Shown piece after piece: positions 46,266 to 55,200 of a stretch of 57,045 nt of DNA (position 1 is its first letter; each line of letters opens with the position of its first letter). The notes beneath the pieces are model-generated. The model had not been told where the DNA came from. It was given only the letters and a program-made list of their open reading frames with translations, and did no database searches. The stretch comes from Nitrospirota bacterium. GTDB taxonomy: Bacteria > Nitrospirota > Thermodesulfovibrionia > UBA6902. A program made the translations under genes and the position numbers. The stretch lies in the NCBI GenBank assembly GCA_016222915.1, contig JACRQA010000142.1:1-57045 (forward strand), in the 5' to 3' direction.

Positions 46266-49200
46266 TTAATGCAAAGTGGTCAAACATGAATAAGAATAAG
46301 ATGCAAATGATTTTGCGGTCTTCAATTAATATTCTGCTCATTCTTGTATTTATATTGTTGATGCCCGGCAGAGCAGACGTATTCGCTGGAAATGCTAAAT
46401 ATATTATTCTGATGGTTGGGGACGGCTGGGGGCAGAAGGCCATAGAGGCAACAAATAAATACACCGGTACAACTCCTCCCTTTCAGCAAACTACACAGGA
46501 CAATAATCCCAGCACGTGGACCCAGCACTGGGTGTCAACATTCCCCATCGGTGGAAGTTATAGCTCGGCCCAGGCATGGTCGAACTTCAGTTATGTAATG
46601 AACAATCACGGAGACAGTGCTGCTTGTGCAACCGCACTGTACACAGGTTCCAAAACTGCCAATGGCAGAGTTACCGTATCTTCTGACGCATCGCAACGTT
46701 TTGAGTCAATAGCAGAAATCGCACAAAGTTATAATAAATTGGTAGGCGCAGTCAGTACGGTCCCTGTTTCACATGCCACACCAGGGGGCTGGGTAGCACA
46801 TAATGATGATCGCGGCAATACCTTTGCTATAGCGGACGAGGGTCTTTTCGGGGATCCGAACACTACAGGAACGCCGGCAACTGACTGGAAGTATGGAGGC
46901 GGCCACGGGCCATCGATAACAGCTGATGTCCTTATCGGATCAGATGGCGCAGGTTATGTCAGCAGCCAGATACTGACCAAACTGAGGAATGAGAGCGGAG
47001 CATTGGGAAACCCGGCCCGTGATATTACAAAGCATTTTCTTGTCGAGCGTCAGGGTGGCCAAAATGCCAGCGCAGCCCTGATGCAGGCTGCAACTGATCC
47101 TTATGTAACAAAATTGGCAGGACTATTTACTCATGTCTATCATAATGCTAATGATTCCGGCTACTCAACTGAAAATCCGAGGCTTTCTGAAAGCACAAGG
47201 GCAGCATTAAAGGTACTAGGAAAGGACCCGAATGGTTTCGTGCTTATGGTTGAAGGGGGCGCAATCGATTGGGCGGCACACGCAAACAACATGAACCAAT
47301 TGGTCGGTGAGGTGAAGGATTTTGATGATGCTATCAAGGAAGTCACTGACTGGGTAGAAAAGACCGGCTACTGGACAGGCAGCACCAATGACAGCAACTG
47401 GAATAATACATTGATCCTTGTAACGGGAGATCACGATTGCGGCTATCTTACAAAGGGTCCGGGAATATTTCCAAATCAGCCGCTTGGTAATGTCAATGAT
47501 ACCACCCTTGCAAAGGAAAAAATTGTATCAGGCACCGGCGGGCTTCGTGCAAGCTGGGAGGATATGGACGGTGACAGTCTTGTAGATGCCGGCGAGACCG
47601 TATACTGGTATTGGAATTCCGGAGACCACACTACATCCCTAATCCCGCTGTATGCCCGTGGGACCGGCTCCGAACTTATTGCCCAGTACGAAACAAGTAC
47701 GGATTCTGTACGTGGTCCTTATATCGATGACACACAAGTGTTTACTGTTATGAATGACGCACTTGCAGCGCAGTCGTGTAATGAAACAGGTTATATTTCG
47801 GTGTTACCGGGACAGTCGCTGTATGGCAACCCTCTGGATATTACTTCAAGCGCAGCTACAAGCGACGCAACCAATGTGACATATACGGTAAAAGTCACTA
47901 CAGGCTGTGATGTAGATCCAAACGGTTCGTTCATCAATGCAGAAAATTTCAGCGGTACCATAAACCAGGGCTCAGGCTACTGGTCAATATCAACCAGCAA
48001 TCCAGGGTATTTCGGCACCGGTCATCTGCGCTCTGATTATGGAAGCGGAGGCTCCTGTCCTGCGGTCGATCAGGGAAAAGAATACCGGGTTTACTTCCCG
48101 ACTGCCGGGACTTACTACATCTGGCTGAGGAACTGGTCCAAGAGCTTATCCGGTGACTCCGCATTTGTCGGAATCGATGGCAACTGTGCCGGATCAATCA
48201 GTGAAAGCGACAGCAGCGGCCAGACATGGAACCAGTGGAAATGGACAAAGAAGATGTGGACGGGTTCTACCCCTATTCCTAATACTATCAGCGTTCCCAC
48301 GCCGGGCTTTCATACCGTAAACGTATGGGTGCGTGAAAATGATTACCGCCTGGATGGTATTTATTTAACTCAGGGGACAGAAACACCGACCGATGCCTCG
48401 CATGGCATTGATGTGAATCCGGCTTCCTGCAATACAACCACGATTTTTACAGGAAGTGAGGCGCAGGCAACATCAATTAATACAACAGGATGGACAAATG
48501 GGTTGAAAGACATTGAAATAGCCGGGGACGATACCCAGTGTCTTAATCCCCTTGCAACAGCAAGCGGCACTTTTACCTTTAACAGCACAGTCCCAAATGC
48601 TGACTCTCTTATCATATCAGCTAATACTGCAATCGCTTCCATTGATCCTATGGAGGGAGACGCGGGGATTGTAATGCAGAGGTTTAAAGTGGACAGCAAC
48701 AACGTCCAAAACGGTCAGGTTGGACTAACATCTCTCACTCTTAGCGATGAGGGGACAACAGCATCAATCTTAGATGCCAAGATATATATATCAACGACCA
48801 GTTCAGGTTCCCTTCCTGCCGACGCGGTTCTGATCGGAAATACCGGCCTGTGGGATGGTAAAGCCATGGCTATTACACTTAGTGGAGGAACAGCCGCAGA
48901 TCGGACGGTCACAAACGGCACTTCCAAGTATATTTATATCGTCTACGATACTGCACCGGGACAGGCCGATACTACAATCCTTTCCCGTGTTTCCTCAGTT
49001 TTTGTAGCGGCGCCTGATTTGAATGTCGGGAATGTGGGCACTTCAAACCTGCTGAATATTTATGCCTGCGTCAAGACCGGTTCCATTTCAATGGTCCCCG
49101 GGCAGATATTAAACGGGAATCCTGCCAACCTCACATCACTTGTGAATACAAACAATGCTACGAACTTAATCTATACTGTGACAGAAGATAAATACTGTGA

Positions 49201-52200
49201 CGTTAGTCCGACCGGCACATTCATTCAGGCCGAGAATTTTAACTCTACTATAGTGCAGGGCTCAGGAACATTTTCATTGGAATCTTACGGATCAGGGTAT
49301 CTGGGGGCCGGTTTTATCGAGAGTCACAAGACTGGCACTGCAAAATCTACATGTCCGGCCATAGATGAAGGGAAGGAATACAGGGTCAATTTTACAACAA
49401 CCGGAACTTACTATGTGTGGTTAAGGGTTTATAATTGGTCTGAATCCAATGATTCAGCCTTCTTTGGATTAGACGGCGCCTGTATCGGAGCCCTGAGTCC
49501 AAGCGATGCTGTTAATATTAACAGATGGCTATGGTCAAAGAGGGCCTGGACCGGGTCGACTGAGTTCCCCGCTACTATTAATGTTACATCACCCGGCGTT
49601 CATACTATTAATCTATGGGTCCGGGAAACTCTTTATATGATAGACGGCATCTATCTTACCAAGGGCACTGAAACTCCGAATGATAATAGCCATGGCATAG
49701 AAATAGGCGCTATTTGTCCTACAACACTCTTCTCGGGTACTGAAGCACAGGCGCAATCTGTAAATACAACGACCTGGACAAACGGCGAGAAGAAAATTCA
49801 GGTAAGCGGTGACGATGCCACATGCCTTACCCATATTACGCCTGAAGACGGTACGTTTACCTATGACCGGAACCATCGCCCTACATCAACGATAACAGAC
49901 CCGCTTGATGGCGCAACACTGACCAGTGGTTCTCCTGACCCGTATGTAATCAGGGGTACAGCCAACGACGATGAATCGGTAAATCACGTAGAGGTCTCCA
50001 CAGACGGTGGTGCGACCTGGAATGTAGCCGATTGTCCCGGCTGCGCCGGCGCTTCAGTAGACTGGACTTACAGTTGGGCGCTTCCAGCTAATGGGAATTA
50101 CACAATCCTGAGTAAGGCCATAGATAACAGGGATGTTTCAGAAATATCGGGGCCGAGCTTAAATGTAACCATATATAGGGGCGGACCTTCAATCAGTTCT
50201 ACAATCCCGACCAATGGAGCAACGGCCGTTGTAGCAGACAGCACTGTAACGGTCAACTGGGACAGAAATATTGATTGTTCAACAGTAACAAATACCTCCG
50301 TAAGCATTAGTCCTGCGCCGGCATCATGGACAAAAACCTCCTGCAGTGGGACCCAGGCAGTGTTTACGCCCGTCGGTCAGGCCGAATTGACTACATATAC
50401 CTTGACTGTAAGCACATCTGTTCAAGATACGGTCGGCAATCCGATGGCTGCACAATATCAGTTTGCCTATACAACAGGTGAGTCTTCTGCGCCATCCTCT
50501 GCAATATCTGATCCTTTAAACGGCTCAAAGATAAACAGTAGTGCGCCGAATCCATATGTCATTACAGGAATGGCAAGCGACAATAACTTAGTACAGCAAA
50601 TAGAAGTATCCACAAACGGTGGAAGCACCTGGAATCTCGCTGCATGCAATGGCTGTCCAGGGTCAAACGTGAGTTGGACCTATAACTGGGCACTGCCTGC
50701 TGACGGCACTTACCTCATTAAGGTCCGTGCAACAGACACCTCTAACAACGTCGAGATACCTGGCGCAGGAAATACTGTGACTGTTGACAGGACTTCGCCT
50801 TCTGTCAGTAATACTACGCCTGTAAATGGATCTACTGCGGTGGTTCTTAACCAGAATATATCCATTACCTGGAATACGAATGTAGACTGTTCAACTGTCA
50901 ATACAAGCAACATAACATCAGACAGCCCTGGCTGGACTCTTTTCGGATGCAGTGGAAACACGGCATTTTTTACCACAAGCGGTCAGTCCGAATATGTGTT
51001 ATATACTGTGACCGTAACTACCGCAGTGAAAAACTCTGTGCAAGTCCCAATGAGCGATCCATATCAGTTCTCATACCGGACCAACAAGAAACCCGTACTG
51101 GCAATCCTCCAGCCTGATGGCGTCAATGATTCATTAAAGGCTGGTGAACCTTACAATGTTGCTTATAACCTTGATGACCCTGACCATAATGTGACTGCGG
51201 CGTTTTATTACGATACCGACAATGCGGGATATGACGGCACGGCAATTTCCGGCGCGTGCGCTGCAGTATCCGAGAATGCCGGGGCAACCTGCGTCTGGGA
51301 TACCACTGGTATGAATTCCGCCGGAATGCCTCCTCAGACCTTTTATATTTATGGAATAACAAATGACGGACAGGGAGAAGTTAAATCTTACTCCGTCGGT
51401 CAGATTACTATCTACCCGCCGAATGTACCGCCGGCATTATCCGTCTCTGAACCGAATGGAACGGATGATACGGCAGTCGCAGGAGATACCTATAACATTA
51501 ACTATAACCTGACTGATCAGAATGTTGATGATACCGTGACCGCAGCGTTCTACTATGATAGTGATAATGTGGGATATAACGGCACCGCAATCACAGGACC
51601 ATGTGCTGCGGCGACTGAAGGTACGGGCATAACCTGCGCGTGGAATACGGCAGGAATGACACCGGGCAGTTATTATATCTATGGTATCACAGGTGATAGC
51701 GGCGGCACTGTCAATGCCTATTCACCCGGACAAATTACGATAAACGCATTTAACACACTACCTTCATTTAATATCATAGAACCAAACGGGACGGCAGATG
51801 TTTTTAGACCGGGAGCTCCCCTGAATATAGTCTATAATCTTAATGATCCTGATGAGGTTGTGACCGCAAGATTTTATTATGACACTGACACGGAACCATT
51901 AAATCCTCCCGGATTGACAGGCATAACAGAATGCCAATCCGCGCCGGAAGGCCCAGGCTCGATATGTACCTGGAGTAATACAGCTAGTATAACGCCAGGC
52001 ATGTACTACATTTACGGAAAAGTCCAGGACAGAACAGGTGCTACCGTTGACGGCTATTCGGGGCCTTTCATGATAGATGTGACATTGCCATCATCGGCGA
52101 TCACTATTCCGTCAAATGGAGTTCTGATTAACAGCAGCGCATCTGACCCGTATACGGTAAACGGTACGGCTTCAGATAATTCAGGGGTCCAGGGAGTTGA

Positions 52201-55200
52201 AGTGTCCGTTAACGGAGGGGCATGGACATCAGCATCATGCACAGGCTGCGGCACCGGAAGTGCAAACTGGACGTATGATTGGAGCCTGCCTTCTGATGGC
52301 ATATATACCATACAGAGCCGTTCGACAGACGTAGCTGGTAATTTGGAGATTCAAGGCGCCGGGAATACGGTAACTATTGACAGGACCGCGCCTGCAGTCA
52401 ATTCAACAGTGCCGGCTAATGGAGCTGTGGGAATAGCTATAGACGGCAATGTAACTATTACATGGTCAGAGAATGTAAATTGTTCAACTGTGAGTACAGC
52501 AAACATCACATCAACCAGTCCAGGCTGGACCTTATCTAGCTGCTCAAACAACCAGGCGGTATTTACCACGAGCGGACAAGCCGATTCGACCGCATACCAG
52601 GTAAATATAACTACAGCAGTGACCGACATAGCCGGAAATCCGATGTCTTCAGCCTATCCATTCTCCTACACGACCAATGTTCCACCGGCTCTCTCAATCT
52701 CCGATCCCAATGGAACGGACGGAACTCAAACAATAGGTAATCCGTATACAATTATTTATTCATTGACTGATCCTGATAATACGGTAACTGCAGCTCTCTA
52801 CTATGATACGGACAATTCGGGATTGGGCGGCACAGCCATTCCAGGCTGCGCCTCTGTTTCCGAGGGGATGAATGCCGAGTGTATTATGGATACCGCAGGC
52901 ATGACTCCCGGCACCTATTATATTTATGGAGTCACCGGTGATGGAAGCGGAGGTAGCGCCTGCGTCACCCGCATATGGGACGGTGAAGGGACCGATAATC
53001 TCGCATCAAATGCGGACAACTGGTCAGATAATACTGCGCCTCAGACTGGTGAGGATGTTGTTTTTAACGGGACTTCCACAAAAGCTTGTGACTGGAACAT
53101 CCCTGTTGAGCTTTTGTCATTAAGTCTCAATTCAGGATATTCAGGAACGGTTTCAATAAATTCTCCTTTGACAATTAATGGTGATTTGATTGTGTCTGAC
53201 GGGACCTTGATTCAAAATGCAAATGTTACATTAAGCGGTCAGGGAGGCAGTTGCACTCCGCAAGGCGGCAGTCAGATCAGCGCATATTCAGCCGGGTCGA
53301 TGACTATAGGTAACGCAGGCATAACCGTGACACCGACGAGCGGATTAGTGACAACAGAGGCAGGAGGGACAGCGACCTTTACAGTAGCGCTTAACACTGA
53401 ACCGACAGCAGATGTAACCATAGCCCTGGGCAGTTTAGATACGGGCGAAGGCATAGTATCACCTGCAAGCCTGACATTTACACCTGCGGACTGGAATGGA
53501 CTGAAGACTGTGACGGTGACCGGCCAGGACGATGCCATTCTTGATGGTTCAGTGAATTATTCAATAATTATTGACTCAGCAATCAGCGCTGACCTCAATT
53601 ACAACGGAATTAATCCGGATGACGTGAGCATCATTAACACAGATAATGAGAGCCCGGCTGTGAGCATAGCAGCTACGACAAACGGAGCAGAGGATGCAGT
53701 GAATCCGACAAACGGTGTATTCACTGTAAGTCTGAGCACAGTGAGCGCAACGGACACGGTGGTAAGCTACACCGTGGACGGTACGGCAGCGGCCGACAAT
53801 GACTATACGGCATTGAGCGGACAGGTGACGATACTTGCTAACACACCTTCAGCGACAATAACGGTGCCTGTAACAGATGATCTGGTCCTGGAAGGGAATG
53901 AGACGGTAGTAGTGACCATAACCGGAACGGACAATCCATCTATTACTTTAGGAGCGCCTATCAACGCAACAGTGAACATCTCAGATGATGAACATCCAGT
54001 TGTGAGCATAGCTGCTACGACTAATGGAGCGGAACCGGCGACGGATGGCGCATTCACAGTAAGCCTGAGCACGATAAGCGCAACCGATACGGTGGTCAGC
54101 TACACCGTGGACGGTACGGCAGCGGCCGGCAATGACTATACGGCATTGAGCGGACAGGTGACGGTACTTGCTAACACACCTTCAGCGACAATAACAGTGC
54201 CTGTAACGGACGATCTGGTCCTGGAAGGTGCTGAGACGGTAGTTGTGACGGTAACCGGGACGGACAATCCATCTATTAATGTAGGAGCGTCCAGTAGTGA
54301 TACGGTGAACATTACAGACAATGAGACAACATCTGCGGTAAGTATAGCAGCGACAACGAACGGAGCAGAACCATCATTGAACGGTCAGTTTACGGTAAGT
54401 CTGAGCACAGTAAGCGCAACGGACACGGTGGTCAGCTACACAGTGGGTGGTTCAGCATCGGCTGGCAATGACTATACGGCATTAAGCGGACAGGTGACGA
54501 TACCTGCAAACACGTCATCAGCGACGATAACATTGCCTGTTATAGATGAGCTGATTCCGGAAGGTACTGAGACGGTGATTGTTACCTTAACCGTTACAGA
54601 CAATCTGACGATTACCATAGGAGTGTCCGGTAGTGCGGCAGGAAACATAACTGATAATGACAATGCCTTGGTGAGCGTAACGGCGACGATACAGGCAGAG
54701 GAGCCTGCGACAAACGGCAGGTTTACAGTAAGCCTTGACAAAGCCACTGACACAGACACGGTTGTAAGTTACGCAGTGGGTGGTACAGCAGCAGCCGGGA
54801 CTGACTATACGGCATTAAGCGGTCAGGTGACGATACCTGCTAACCAGCTCAGTGCTCTGATTGATGTGTCGGTAATCGATGATTCAATTCTTGAAGGTAC
54901 TGAGACGCTGGTTCTTACCTTAACGGGTACGAATAATGCATCGATCACACCAGGAGTTCCCAGCAGTGACACGTTAAACATTACGGACAATGACAACGCA
55001 TCAGTGATGGTAGAAGATGTAAGTGCGACAGAAGGAGGCAATCTGGTATTTACGGTAACTCTGAACAATGCTGTATCCGGGGCCTTTGATGTGAATGTAA
55101 GCTTTACAAACGTGACGGCAAACGGCGGAGGTGTCGACTATAATAGCACAGGTAAAGTGCTCAATTTTGCGGGCACAGCAGGTGAGACGAAGCAGTTCAC

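Noticed and set aside
52926-53123. The only plus-strand ORF listed by the track inside 46.3-57 kb (65 aa).
   Set aside because: It is out of frame inside the giant ORF and has no independent support.
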